Source: Candidatus Bathyarchaeota archaeon
GTDB taxonomy: Archaea; Thermoproteota; Bathyarchaeia; Bathyarchaeales; Bathycorpusculaceae
Direction of reading: 5' to 3'
DNA length: 64,000 bases
Assembly (NCBI GenBank): GCA_963775465.1
Contig: CAVZIW010000003.1
Location: forward strand, 224,001-288,000
The notes under the pieces: generated by a model
The model's input: the letters and a program-made list of their open reading frames with translations, nothing else
What the model was told of the DNA's origin: nothing
Databases searched by the model: none
Shown here: positions 30,457-40,773 of the stretch, one piece after another
How the letters are laid out: each line of letters begins with the position of its first letter
Position numbering within the stretch: position 1 is the stretch's first letter
Translations under genes and position numbers: made by a program

Positions 30457-31095
30457 CTATTTTTTAGACAATAGTCGTTCGGCAAGTTGAAGTTCGGCAA
30501 AGGTATTGATGTTCACAGCAAGTTCTTCTTGGGTCATCAAGTAAATGTCTTGGTCAAGCCATTCATCGCTATACCTTTTGTGGCCGTCAATAACATTTAT
30601 TCCGACTGGAACAACGTCTTTGTTGTTATTTTTGAAAGAGTATTCTATGCACATGCCTAGTCTTGCTTTGGTTTCCAGCGGAACTGCAACTGTCAACGCA
30701 GGTTTGCCGCAAACCTCATAGCGGTTAACAACGGCATTAATCATTTCAGGTTTTACCAACGGCAAGTCAGCTGAGATAGCTAAAAAAACGCCAAACTTGA
30801 GGGTTTGGACAACATAGCCCATATCTGAAACGTAGTCTTTGCCTGGAGTTTGGATCACTTCCACACCAAGCTGAAGCATCATTGCAGTGGTTTTTGGTGT
30901 ATTTTCAGTTGTAGCAACTATAATTCTATCGATTTTCTCAGCGTTTTTCAAGGCTTCAAGCACGTATTCAATAACGGGTTTCCCACAAACTCTAACAAGC
31001 GGTTTTTCCTCGTTGAGTTTCATGCGTGTGCCTTTTCCGCCAGCCATGACAAGCGCAGTTACCGTACAACCACCGCCAACAGAACAATCACACAA
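30457..31095 (-). CDS. cobY: GTP:adenosylcobinamide-phosphate guanylyltransferase CobY (start uncertain)
   Basis: MAGGKGTRM..EKP, ADLP, VGINVI, NINT; coupled to cobS. Confidence 0.85.
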   Translation of the reverse strand: MCDCSVGGGCTVTALVMAGGKGTRMKLNEEKPLVRVCGKPVIEYVLEALKNAEKIDRIIVATTENTPKTTAMMLQLGVEVIQTPGKDYVSDMGYVVQTLKFGVFLAISADLPLVKPEMINAVVNRYEVCGKPALTVAVPLETKARLGMCIEYSFKNNNKDVVPVGINVIDGHKRYSDEWLDQDIYLMTQEELAVNINTFAELQLAERLLSKK

Positions 31096-31841
31096 ACCAA
31101 CCTTGTTAAATCGTTAGTTGCCCCAAAGACGTCTCCAGTTACGCCCTTAAAGTGTTTATGCGCAACCGCAACCATTGCCAAACCAGCTAAAATAGCGCTT
31201 AAAACAACAAATATACCTGCTATCCTCAAAAAAATCAATCCAATCATGAAAGAAATAGTTAATGCCACCAGTAGTCTCCAGTTGCCTCCTCGACCATGCA
31301 TAGCCTCTAGAAAGGGTGAATTCATACCTTGATGGATGGATTTACCTGCCCAAGCGGCAACAACCATTGAGAGTTTTGCGCACATTTCGACAACTATGAT
31401 TGCGGGGAATACGAGGGGAACATTGAATCTTCCAACTGGTACACCTAGTGACCCTATTGCTAGTGCAGTAATTAGCATGGTCAATATACCCAATGATAAA
31501 CCTCCCGCACCTGTAAGTTGGTCATGCATTACGTCAATTTTGTGTTCAGGCGTTCCGTGTGCCATCACGCCGTCTCCAAAATCCAGTAACCCATCCGTGT
31601 GGTGTAGTCCAGTCATCCATAATAGCAATGCAAAAACTAACGCGCCTGCCACAATGTCTGGCAAAAACCGGAACGAGACTATTCCAAACAAGGCTGCTAA
31701 CAATCCGATAAACGCACCCAGGAAGGGAAAAGCCCACATGTTTCGTGCGCAGTCAGTCAGCATATCCTTATCCATGGCGACTGGGAAAACTGTTAAGAAA
31801 GATAGTAGATTTTTTAATTGTTTAACGACCAAGCGCTTCAC
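31059..31841 (-). CDS. cobS: Cobamide synthase CobS
   Basis: FLTVFP, TGLHHTDGLLDFGDG, MHD..GAGG, GVTGDVFGA. Confidence 0.95.
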   Translation of the reverse strand: MKRLVVKQLKNLLSFLTVFPVAMDKDMLTDCARNMWAFPFLGAFIGLLAALFGIVSFRFLPDIVAGALVFALLLWMTGLHHTDGLLDFGDGVMAHGTPEHKIDVMHDQLTGAGGLSLGILTMLITALAIGSLGVPVGRFNVPLVFPAIIVVEMCAKLSMVVAAWAGKSIHQGMNSPFLEAMHGRGGNWRLLVALTISFMIGLIFLRIAGIFVVLSAILAGLAMVAVAHKHFKGVTGDVFGATNDLTRLVCVIVLLAVVVR

Positions 31842-32926
31842 TTTATGCCCATCAGTAAGGCATAGTTACGCTCTATTTCCTTAAGAAGTATATCCTTTGT
31901 GACTGCGCTGCCTGTTTTTGCCATCGCTGCGATCGATGCACCGCCTGCTCCTACTCCTTCTTTGACCAGTCCAGTCTCATAGATTCGCAAGCCAGGGTAC
32001 TTTGCCAGACTAAAGTCTAGGTCAGCTGCAATAATTGGCACTTGGCAAAACTGCTTGACGATGCCGCATATGTCAGACTTTACATCCTTTGCCACCCACC
32101 GTGTCGTTCCCACAGCTACGTTGCAAAGTGATTCAGGGTTCAAAGCGTTAATTACTGCCAAAATCGCAGTCATCTGGGTCCCTCCAGCCATCAAAACTGG
32201 GCCTTGCTTTGCTCCTCCGATGACTAAGCCTGCTAATGCCGCCATCATTGGATCTCCTATGCATGAAATTGCTTTTATCGGGTTTCGTTTTAGGCTGCCG
32301 AATTTTTCACCTGCCGCTTTGAGGCCAGTCTCAACTACTTTGGCCTTCAAGTTGTGTGGGTTTTCAGGAAGGGTACTGCTGACTTTTCCTTGTGCCTTTA
32401 TGCCTAAAGCTGTCAAGACACCGAGTGCCGTGGTTGTTCCACCTGGGATGCTCTCGCCGATAACAAGATAATCTGCTGTTTTAGCTAACTGTTCGCCCAG
32501 AATCTTAGCCCGTTCGATGACTTCTTCTACGTTATCAACTGAGTTGCCTGACCGGATATCTCTGCCAGAATTGCCTCCTAGTTCAACGTAGGGAATCTGC
32601 GGTTTAACTTTCACTCCGCCATTAACGACCAGCATAGGGATGTCCGATAAATGTAGAGCCGACAACGTAATCAAGGCAGGTGTCGGAATTCCATCAGGAG
32701 TGATGGGTACGCCTTGTATGGATTTACATTTGCCCAACAGTAACAATTCCGCATCTGCTGGTGGAGTGAAATCGGTGAAGTCTGGGTTTGCACCTGCCGC
32801 AGACAGTCCGGGGATTTTGCCGGTTTCTGTAGTGCCTATAGTGCAGATGAAAAGTGGGTTTTTTGCTTCTATTTCGTCCATGAAGGCTTTTGCTTTCAAT
32901 TCGTTATTTACAATTAAGACATCCAT
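31838..32926 (-). CDS. cobT: Archaeal NaMN:base phosphoribosyltransferase CobT
   Basis: IPGLSAAGA, GIPTPA, GESIPGGTTTA, AGGTQM, KEGVGAGG. Confidence 0.93.
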   Translation of the reverse strand: MDVLIVNNELKAKAFMDEIEAKNPLFICTIGTTETGKIPGLSAAGANPDFTDFTPPADAELLLLGKCKSIQGVPITPDGIPTPALITLSALHLSDIPMLVVNGGVKVKPQIPYVELGGNSGRDIRSGNSVDNVEEVIERAKILGEQLAKTADYLVIGESIPGGTTTALGVLTALGIKAQGKVSSTLPENPHNLKAKVVETGLKAAGEKFGSLKRNPIKAISCIGDPMMAALAGLVIGGAKQGPVLMAGGTQMTAILAVINALNPESLCNVAVGTTRWVAKDVKSDICGIVKQFCQVPIIAADLDFSLAKYPGLRIYETGLVKEGVGAGGASIAAMAKTGSAVTKDILLKEIERNYALLMGIK

Positions 32927-32937
32927 TGGTGTTCCCT

Positions 32938-33609
32938 TTACTTGGGCAAAACTTTGAATTCTTTGATTTCCAGGTATCCAAAGCCGCCTTCTATCTTATG
33001 TTTCTGTGTTTCTTGGATTTCAATCTTTTTCTTAAATGTAGGTCCGTCGGTTATCATGGTATGGTATTCGCCACCTTCTCCGCAAGCATCTACATTACCA
33101 AGTTTTAGGATGTCGTCATAGAATTTTCTGTCCAACTCTCTACCTAGCCACTCAACGCCAAGTAGGGCCAGTTTTGTGCGCACTACAGTGGCTTTGAAGC
33201 CTGTTTTGAGATAATCTAGGTAGATTGTTTTTGTATCGCCCATCCACAGGGGCTTTATTGGCATCAGACCAATTTCTTTGCAGACTCTGCCAAGCCAGCC
33301 TTCCTCATGTCCTGCCACTTCGTAGATGTCTCCTGTGACTAAGCCTTCTGCACCATGCGCTTTGCATTCAAGAAGCGCCGTTTTGAAGTCTTTCTCATAC
33401 GTTTTCGCAGAAGTTATTTTTTTGACTATAGGAATCCCGATAGCTTTAGCTTGAGTATCGAGAATACTAGATGGGATCATGTGGAAGTTTGATTTGGATT
33501 CACTCATCATCATAGTAAACAGGTTGATTGCTTGGTGTCCCTGCTGGGTCGCCAAGTAGTGTGCGTAGGCGCTGTCTTTTCCGCCGCTCCATGAAGCAAC
33601 AACTTTCAT
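32938..33609 (-). CDS. DUF71/Dph6-like PP-loop ammonia ligase, first gene of the cob operon
   Basis: SWSGGKDS, GDI, PLW, DACGEGGEYHT, DGP.F. Confidence 0.88.
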   Translation of the reverse strand: MKVVASWSGGKDSAYAHYLATQQGHQAINLFTMMMSESKSNFHMIPSSILDTQAKAIGIPIVKKITSAKTYEKDFKTALLECKAHGAEGLVTGDIYEVAGHEEGWLGRVCKEIGLMPIKPLWMGDTKTIYLDYLKTGFKATVVRTKLALLGVEWLGRELDRKFYDDILKLGNVDACGEGGEYHTMITDGPTFKKKIEIQETQKHKIEGGFGYLEIKEFKVLPK

Positions 33610-33929
33610 CTCTTTTTTCTCCTAGTTTATTTCACTTTTTTCTATTACTTGGGTTGCTATTTTTAGGTGACTGTGAAATTCGTTTGATATTAAGGAAAAT
33701 AGCTCGGAAACGAATAAGCATAAAAATAAAGTTTTGTTGGTCAAATTTATAGATAATTTGTATTTTGGCAAAACTTTGACTTGAATAGTTGAAGTTTTCT
33801 TTATGTTTAGCAAATTATCACACAGACCGTTTGGTTGGTTTATCCAACCTTTTCATATAAGCATTACGGTAAAGCAGATTCACATAACACTTAAAACAGT
33901 CTTTGTCTCTAAAAATGCTGTTGAAGTTC

Positions 33930-34412
33930 ATGAATAACCAAAACCCGCCAATGTTAACTTACCTTGAGGACAAAGGCATTTCATTGCAAGGTCTAATTGA
34001 CAGTGCATTAGAAATGTATGTCCCTCATCCAGGTGTAGAAACAGAAAAGAAAGCCACTGAATTGTTAAAAGAAGAATTCTTAAACATCCTGATGGACGTT
34101 AACGTTTCCACCCTCATAGTTGCTGCTTTCCATGCGCAAGAAGAAGCTGAAAACGGCCGAATTCCAGGCTTGACAAAGGAGCGTTTTATGGGTAGACCAG
34201 GACTAATTGCTGATGAAATTATGGGCGTAGCCTTAGCCACCTACATTGGCGGGTCAAGAGCTATGTTTGAATTCGTACGCTTCGACCAAGCAAAACCGGG
34301 TATCCTTAAGAAACTTCCGCCCTTGACAAATGACACTATAGGTGCATTGGTTGCGGGTGCATCTTCAAACGTTTATACCAATGCCTTGAAGCATATTAAA
34401 GCAAAACCCTAA
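33930..34412 (+). CDS. cobZ: Alpha-ribazole phosphatase CobZ (PgpA-like)
   Basis: DVNV, ADEIMG, FEFVRFDQAKPGIL; divergent from cobTSY. Confidence 0.8.
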   Translation: MNNQNPPMLTYLEDKGISLQGLIDSALEMYVPHPGVETEKKATELLKEEFLNILMDVNVSTLIVAAFHAQEEAENGRIPGLTKERFMGRPGLIADEIMGVALATYIGGSRAMFEFVRFDQAKPGILKKLPPLTNDTIGALVAGASSNVYTNALKHIKAKP

Positions 34413-34501
34413 TCTTTCAATTTTTGATGCACTCGAGCTTTTCCGGCATTTACCAGAAGCTTATAATATGGTGCCGATTGAGAATTTACTTGTTGGGCTC
34501 C

Positions 34502-35659
34502 ATGGCTAAAACAAAGCTCTGTATTGTTACACACACTTTTTTGCCGCATGTTGGCGGAATCGAGAAAGTGGTCAATGAACAGAGCAAGCGATTACAGAAC
34601 AAAAATTTTGCGCCCACAATAGTAACAAACAGAATAGATACCCCAAAACGCTACGTGGTTGATGACATACCTGTCAACTGCTATGAATCTTTGAACACGG
34701 GATTTCGACTGGGGATACCTTATTCGATTCCAACGGTGCCAAGCTTTGAAACCTTTGTTAAAGAAGTAAAATCAAGTGGAATAGTTCACGCTCATGGACA
34801 CCCATATCTGACCTCGTTAACAGCCGCCAGGTTAGCCAAACTATACGACAAACCCTTTGTGCTTACCCAACATAACACCTTCATCGATTACAACAACATC
34901 TTTGACTACGTTGAGCGACTTAACGATTTAACCGTTGGAAAACTGAATCTAAAAGCTGCAGACAAAATCATCGCAATAAGCGGCGCTACAAAAGACTATG
35001 TTTTAAGGTTAGGTGCCAAACCAAGCAAGGTTAAAGTAATCTACAACGGTGTGGACTTGAAGAAGTTTCGCCTAAACATAGAAAAACGGGCGGAGATGCG
35101 AAAGAAACTTGGTATTCCCAAAGATGCTGTTGTCGCATTGACGGTTCGACGACTGGTTTACAAGAATGGAATAGACACACTAATCGATAGTGCTAATGAA
35201 ATCATCAAAAAGAACCCCCTTATCCAATTTCTGGTTGTAGGAAAGGGACCGGACATGGAAAACATAAAGATGCAAGTTACGCAATTGGGGCTTTCATCGA
35301 ATTTTAGGCTGGCTGGTTTTGTAAGCGATGATGATTTGCCCTCTTATTATAACTTAGCTGACCTTTTCGTGTTGCCTTCTAAATCAGGTGAAGGTTTGCC
35401 GCTAGTTGCTCTTGAAGCTATGGCATGCGGACTTCCAGTGATAGCAACAGATGTTGGGGGCATAAGAGAAATTCTAATGGAAAAGTATGGGAAATTAGTG
35501 CCACCTAACCAGCCTGAGTTACTTGCAGCAGCAATTTTGGATTTCGCTTCAATTGATTTCTCTACACACAAGATGGACCTTAGAGCAATGGTCGAAAAAC
35601 ACTTCAGTTGGGATTCAAATGTTGAAAAACTCATCGAAATATACGAAGAGCTTATTTAA
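34502..35659 (+). CDS. Glycosyltransferase family 4 (GT-B)
   Basis: PHVGGIE, IYNGVD, KNGID, EGLPLVALEAMACG. Confidence 0.95.
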   Translation: MAKTKLCIVTHTFLPHVGGIEKVVNEQSKRLQNKNFAPTIVTNRIDTPKRYVVDDIPVNCYESLNTGFRLGIPYSIPTVPSFETFVKEVKSSGIVHAHGHPYLTSLTAARLAKLYDKPFVLTQHNTFIDYNNIFDYVERLNDLTVGKLNLKAADKIIAISGATKDYVLRLGAKPSKVKVIYNGVDLKKFRLNIEKRAEMRKKLGIPKDAVVALTVRRLVYKNGIDTLIDSANEIIKKNPLIQFLVVGKGPDMENIKMQVTQLGLSSNFRLAGFVSDDDLPSYYNLADLFVLPSKSGEGLPLVALEAMACGLPVIATDVGGIREILMEKYGKLVPPNQPELLAAAILDFASIDFSTHKMDLRAMVEKHFSWDSNVEKLIEIYEELI

Positions 35660-35705
35660 CAATGTGACGGAAACATATTAGCCTTTGAAAAATGGAAGAG
35701 AGTCA

Positions 35706-36443
35706 ATGACATCAAAAGTTGAAATGGTATCAGTAGTAATTCCCACCTTAAACGAAGCAGGCACCATTTTTGAAGCTGTCACAACCATCCACAAGAACTT
35801 GCATTATCCCCACGAAATAATCATAGTTGACAGCAACTCAACAGACGGAACAATAGAAATTGTTAAAGACACAAAATTCTGCAGACTAATAATTGAACCA
35901 AGACGAGGTTACGGTATTGCCCTTAGAACAGGAATGAAAAATGCCAAAGGCAACATCATCGTTATGGTTGATGCTGACGGAACTTATGAATTCAAGCATA
36001 TCCAACGTTTGCTCGACCACATGGTTGCGAAAGATGCAGACATGGTCTTAGGCACCCGAATGTACGACCCCAAAAAGGCCATGGGCTTCTTTAACTTCCT
36101 TGGTAACAAAGTGATTACTTTCTGTTTTGACTTTTGTTATAGCCAATTTCTAAGTGATTCTCAGTCTGGTTTTAGAGCAATCAGCCATCAAGCAATAGAT
36201 AGGGTAAAACTGAAAGAAACTGACATGGCGTTTGCAACAGAAATGCTAATACAGTTCGCCAAAGAGGGCTATTCTATGATGGAAATCCCTACAACTTACA
36301 AACATAGAAGTTATGGAAAAACAAAGCTTAAACCATTTAAATCTGGGATTCAGATATTTAGCACTATGTTTAAGGGGCTTTTGGATGCGGATACAATTAG
36401 AAAGTGTCAACAGAATTGGAAAAAGAATCGGCTTAACCGGTGA
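35706..36443 (+). CDS. Glycosyltransferase family 2 (Dol-P-sugar synthase-like)
   Basis: VVIPTLNE, VDSNSTDGT, GYG.AL, DADGTY, DSQSGFR. Confidence 0.93.
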   Translation: MTSKVEMVSVVIPTLNEAGTIFEAVTTIHKNLHYPHEIIIVDSNSTDGTIEIVKDTKFCRLIIEPRRGYGIALRTGMKNAKGNIIVMVDADGTYEFKHIQRLLDHMVAKDADMVLGTRMYDPKKAMGFFNFLGNKVITFCFDFCYSQFLSDSQSGFRAISHQAIDRVKLKETDMAFATEMLIQFAKEGYSMMEIPTTYKHRSYGKTKLKPFKSGIQIFSTMFKGLLDADTIRKCQQNWKKNRLNR

Positions 36444-36906
36444 AAAAAGCTACTTACTGGCTATATTTCTAGCGTTGATTATAGTTTCTGTTATCATTGG
36501 GGGTTATTATATAGTTTTTAAACCCCAGCCGGAACCATATAATACAATTTACTTGTTGAACTCGCAGAAGCAAGCAGACGATTATCCTCAAGTTTTGATT
36601 GTAGACCAGAACAGCACTTTTAGTGTATACGTTAATGTAGAAAACCATATGGGCGGAATTCGAAATCAGACCTATCAGGTTCAAGTCAAAATTTCTCAGA
36701 ATTTTTTATCCTTTCCAGTTCCAACTGAACCGATTTACGTTTATAACTTGAGTCTATCAGATGGCGATACTTGGAGTAATTTGGTCACAGTCACGGAGAA
36801 TAATGTTGGAAGTTACTGGGTGATTTTCGAGCTTTATCAAAATAATAACGGTGGTCTTGTATTTACTGAGGACTATTGTGTTTTGAACATTGAAGTGATG
36901 AACTAA
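36385..36906 (+). CDS. DUF1616-like membrane-anchored protein
   Basis: One TM helix, EPYNTIYLL, DYP, VENHMG, FELY. Confidence 0.65.
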   Translation: MRIQLESVNRIGKRIGLTGEKSYLLAIFLALIIVSVIIGGYYIVFKPQPEPYNTIYLLNSQKQADDYPQVLIVDQNSTFSVYVNVENHMGGIRNQTYQVQVKISQNFLSFPVPTEPIYVYNLSLSDGDTWSNLVTVTENNVGSYWVIFELYQNNNGGLVFTEDYCVLNIEVMN

Positions 36907-37077
36907 ACTATTAAAATATCGCTATTATTGCCTTTAATTTTGTCAATTTTTTTCTTTAGTTGCAATTCAAAACTGTTTAATCGCTTTATCCTGACTTTTG
37001 CTTTTATAGGAAAGGTTTTTAGTGTAGTTATTGTATGAGTCTGTGAAAAAGCGTATAGTGTAAAGTGAGGTTAAATT

Positions 37078-37806
37078 ATGTCTGTATTTGCAGCACCAGG
37101 AGCATATGATCGCGCCATTACAGTTTTCTCGCCTGATGGTAGACTTTTCCAAGTAGAATACGCGATGGAACTTGTGAACCGTGGAGCCACCATACTTGGC
37201 ATCCAAACCGCAGAAGGGTTAGTTCTCGGTTCCGAAGAGAACCTTGAAGTACTCGAAGAAGCAGGTTACTCTTGGAAAATTTTCAGAGTGGATGACCACA
37301 TTGGAGCAGCCATCGTTGGTTTAAGTTCAGATGCAAGAATTCTAATTGATCAAGCACGTATCTATGCTCAAAGTAATAAACTAACTTATGATGAACCCAT
37401 CGATATAGAAGTTGTAACTAAACGTATTTGTGATATCCAACAAATGTACACCCAACATGCAGGTGTAAGACCATTTGGCGTTAGCATAATTTTCGGCGGA
37501 GTCGACAAGACTGGACCACGTGTCTTCGGCACACATCCGAGTGGAACATACCGTGGATATAAAGCAACAGCACTCGGTGCAGGTAGGGAAATCGTTTTTA
37601 ACATTCTAAAAGAAGAATACAAAGAAGAAATGAGCTTAACCGACACCACAAAACTTGCAGTAAAATGCTTAGTTAAAGCGTTGGACTCACGTCAGTTGCC
37701 AGCAAGAATAAAAATTGCGATCATCCCGACAAAGACTAAGAAAATGGAAATGCTAGACGACAACGTTGTAGAAGGTTACATAAAAGAACTGGGTTCAAGC
37801 AAGTGA
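37078..37806 (+). CDS. psmA: 20S proteasome alpha subunit
   Basis: YDRAITVFSPDGRLFQVEYA, RPFGVS. Confidence 0.98.
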   Translation: MSVFAAPGAYDRAITVFSPDGRLFQVEYAMELVNRGATILGIQTAEGLVLGSEENLEVLEEAGYSWKIFRVDDHIGAAIVGLSSDARILIDQARIYAQSNKLTYDEPIDIEVVTKRICDIQQMYTQHAGVRPFGVSIIFGGVDKTGPRVFGTHPSGTYRGYKATALGAGREIVFNILKEEYKEEMSLTDTTKLAVKCLVKALDSRQLPARIKIAIIPTKTKKMEMLDDNVVEGYIKELGSSK

Positions 37807-37813
37807 AAACCCA

Positions 37814-38503
37814 ATGAGTGAAAAGTTCACCGTCGCTCGCTTAACAAGAGAAAACGAACACTTTGAAATCCTGATTAAACCACAAAAAGCGCTCGACTAC
37901 CGCAACGGCAAAATCTCTGGCATAACTGAGGTTTTAGCCGCTGAAATTATTTTTTCTGATGCAAACAAAGGAACAAAAGTCTCCGAAGATTCAATGAAAA
38001 AAGCCTTCAACACAGTCGACCCACTCAAGATTGCTGATGAAATCTTAAAAAAAGGTACTCTACAACTAACGACTGACCAAAGAAGAAAAATGGTAGATGA
38101 CAAAAAAAGACAAGTAATCGATTTTATTGCAAGGCAAGCGGTTGACCCAAAAACTAACTTGCCTCATCCCCCAATGCGCATCGAAAACGCAATGGATCAA
38201 ATCCGTTACCCCATTGACCCCTTTAAGCCTGTCGAAGAACAGGCCAGAGATATTGTTAAACTTCTTCGCCCAATTTTGCCTTTAAAAATTGAACAAGTTG
38301 TTGTTGCGGTAAGAATCCCAACACAATACGCAGCCAGAGCTTATGGCGCAGTCAAAACATTGGGTACAATTAAAAAAGAAGAGTGGCGCGGTGACGGCTC
38401 TTGGTATGGTGAAATAGAAATTCCCGCCGGAGTTTATGCTTCACTGTTAAATAAGCTTGGTGATGTAACCAAGGGAAGTGGAGAAGCAAAAATAATCTCT
38501 TAA
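37814..38503 (+). CDS. Ribosome maturation factor SBDS/Sdo1
   Basis: HFEIL, IFSDANKG, DPKTNLPHPPMRIE. Confidence 0.96.
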   Translation: MSEKFTVARLTRENEHFEILIKPQKALDYRNGKISGITEVLAAEIIFSDANKGTKVSEDSMKKAFNTVDPLKIADEILKKGTLQLTTDQRRKMVDDKKRQVIDFIARQAVDPKTNLPHPPMRIENAMDQIRYPIDPFKPVEEQARDIVKLLRPILPLKIEQVVVAVRIPTQYAARAYGAVKTLGTIKKEEWRGDGSWYGEIEIPAGVYASLLNKLGDVTKGSGEAKIIS

Positions 38504-38529
38504 AGTAACGAAAAATATGAAGTGATTTT

Positions 38530-39246
38530 ATGCCAACATTCTTTGAAAAAAAACAGCTTGTTACGCCCGGAGAAATGCTCGCTGAAGGCGACTATTTGCC
38601 TGGCGAAAACACGTATGCAGAAGCAGGCAAGATCTATGCCTCGAGGATTGGACTCGTAGACAGTGACAATAAAAAAGTAAACGTAGTTGCACTGAAAGCA
38701 TTTTACGTGCCTAAAATGGGTGACATTATAATTGGAACCGTCGCGGAAGTTGGATTCAACGGCTGGACAATCAATATAAAAGGACCCTACACGGCGCTGT
38801 TACGGGCATCAGATGTATTAAGTAGACCCTTTAAACCTCAAAACGACGAATTGTCCGCAGTTCTCAACGCAGGCGACTTAATCGTCGCCAAAATCGCATC
38901 CTACGATCGAGCACATGACCCGCAATTAACAGTAGGAGAACCAGGATTAGGAAAAATTACCCGCGGCCAAATAATGTATGTTACACCAACAAAGATTCCT
39001 CGAATAATTGGGCGAAAAGGCTCCATGATTTCAATGATAAAACAGGTGACTAACTGCCAAATTATCTTAGGCTTGAACGGTGTAATCTTGGTTACAGGTA
39101 AAAGTGAGGAAGACGAGGAACTGGCTATCACCGCGATTCGAAAAATTGAGGCAGAATCCCACACTAGCGGTCTTACCGATCGCATTACCCAGTTATTGAA
39201 AGAAAAGAAACCAGAAGCAAAAGTGGAGGAAAACAAAGTTGAATGA
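38530..39246 (+). CDS. rrp4: Exosome cap protein Rrp4
   Basis: VTPGE, S1 domain, KH domain [17 protein letters not shown]. Confidence 0.96.
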   Translation: MPTFFEKKQLVTPGEMLAEGDYLPGENTYAEAGKIYASRIGLVDSDNKKVNVVALKAFYVPKMGDIIIGTVAEVGFNGWTINIKGPYTALLRASDVLSRPFKPQNDELSAVLNAGDLIVAKIASYDRAHDPQLTVGEPGLGKITRGQIMYVTPTKIPRIIGRKGSMISMIKQVTNCQIILGLNGVILVTGKSEEDEELAITAIRKIEAESHTSGLTDRITQLLKEKKPEAKVEENKVE

Positions 39247-39973
39247 AAAAACAGAAAAATTAATTGACAAAAAAGGCATCAGATTGGACGGCAGAAAAGC
39301 GGATGAACTGCGTTCTATAAAACTTCAAGTAGGTGTGCTCTCAAACGCTGACGGTTCAGCTTATGTTGAACACGGAAAAAACAAAATCTTGGCAGCCGCA
39401 TTTGGTCCAAGAGAAATGCATCCAAAACATCTTGCCCAACCAGACCGCATGGTTCTACGTTGCAGATATCATATGGCCCCTTTCAGCGTACCCGAAAGAA
39501 AATCGCCCGCTCCATCCAGAAGAGAAGTTGAACTTAGCAAAGTCATCAAAGAATCCCTTGAACCTGCACTCTTCCTTGAACTCTACCCGCGAACAGGTGT
39601 GGATGTTTTTATTGAAGTCTTACAGGCAGATGGAGGAACAAGGTGTGCAAGCATTACCGCTGCAGCTCTTGCAATCGCTGACGCTGGTGTTCCAATGAAA
39701 GACCTAGTTGTTGCATGTGCCGCCGGCAAAGTGGAAGATAAAGTAGTCCTTGACCTATTCGATGCAGAAGACAAACTTGGTGCTGCAGACGTTCCAGTTG
39801 CTTACATGCCAAACTTAAACGCAGTTACTCTGCTTCAGATGGATGGTATCCTAACTCCAGACGAGTTCGAGAAAGCAGTAAACATGGCGATTGATGGATG
39901 CAAAAAAATCTATGAGTTGCAAAAAGAAGCACTTAAAACGAAATATATGGTTATTAAAGAGGTTGAAGAATAA
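39239..39973 (+). CDS. rrp41: Exosome subunit Rrp41
   Basis: [32 protein letters not shown]. Confidence 0.97.
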   Translation: MNEKTEKLIDKKGIRLDGRKADELRSIKLQVGVLSNADGSAYVEHGKNKILAAAFGPREMHPKHLAQPDRMVLRCRYHMAPFSVPERKSPAPSRREVELSKVIKESLEPALFLELYPRTGVDVFIEVLQADGGTRCASITAAALAIADAGVPMKDLVVACAAGKVEDKVVLDLFDAEDKLGAADVPVAYMPNLNAVTLLQMDGILTPDEFEKAVNMAIDGCKKIYELQKEALKTKYMVIKEVEE

Positions 39974-40765
39974 ATGTCCTCACTTGTAACAAAAGTTAAA
40001 TTGAAGCAAATCGAACAGATCATCGAAAAAGGCAAACGTCTAGATGATCGAAGCTTAACGGATTACCGAGAAATCAAGATTGAACAAGGCGTTATCGAAA
40101 AAGCAGAAGGCTCAGCTCGAGTTCTACTCGGAAAAACTCAAGTATTGGTCGGCGTAAAAGTTGAAACAGGCGAACCCTTCCCTGACACTCCAAATAATGG
40201 TGTAATGACTGTCAACGCTGAACTTGTGCCGCTAGCTTCTCCAAACTTTGAGCCAGGTCCGCCTGACGAAAACAGTATTGAGTTAGCTCGAGTTGTTGAC
40301 CGTGGTATTAGAGAGTCGCATGCTATTGACACAGAGAAACTCTGTATCGAACCTGGCAAGAAAGTCTTTGTTGTTTTTGTCGATGTTTATGTACTCAATC
40401 ATGATGGAAACTTGATTGATGCTTCTGCAATAGCTGCTGTCGCTGCTTTAATGAACACTAAAATGCCAAACTATGAAATCAAAGACGGGGAATTAAAAAT
40501 CAAACAAGGCTACACGACTCTTCCTATGAAAAGTCACCCCATAACTGTTACCATCGGAAAAATCAACGGTCACCTAATCGTAGACCCGTGGATCGAGGAA
40601 GAATCTGTTATGGACTCACGTATTACTTTCGCAACCAATGAAGACGGTAACATCTGTGCAATTCAGAAAGGTGGCTCTAGCTATTTCACACCGCAACAGA
40701 TTTTAGAAGCATCAAAGATTGCTCTGGCAAAAGCAACAGAATTGCGAAAAAAGTTCGATTGGTGA
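39974..40765 (+). CDS. rrp42: Exosome subunit Rrp42
   Basis: KAEGSA, FEPGPP, ELARVVDRGIRES, DGNLIDA, QKGG. Confidence 0.97.
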   Translation: MSSLVTKVKLKQIEQIIEKGKRLDDRSLTDYREIKIEQGVIEKAEGSARVLLGKTQVLVGVKVETGEPFPDTPNNGVMTVNAELVPLASPNFEPGPPDENSIELARVVDRGIRESHAIDTEKLCIEPGKKVFVVFVDVYVLNHDGNLIDASAIAAVAALMNTKMPNYEIKDGELKIKQGYTTLPMKSHPITVTIGKINGHLIVDPWIEEESVMDSRITFATNEDGNICAIQKGGSSYFTPQQILEASKIALAKATELRKKFDW

Positions 40766-40773
40766 AATAAAAG

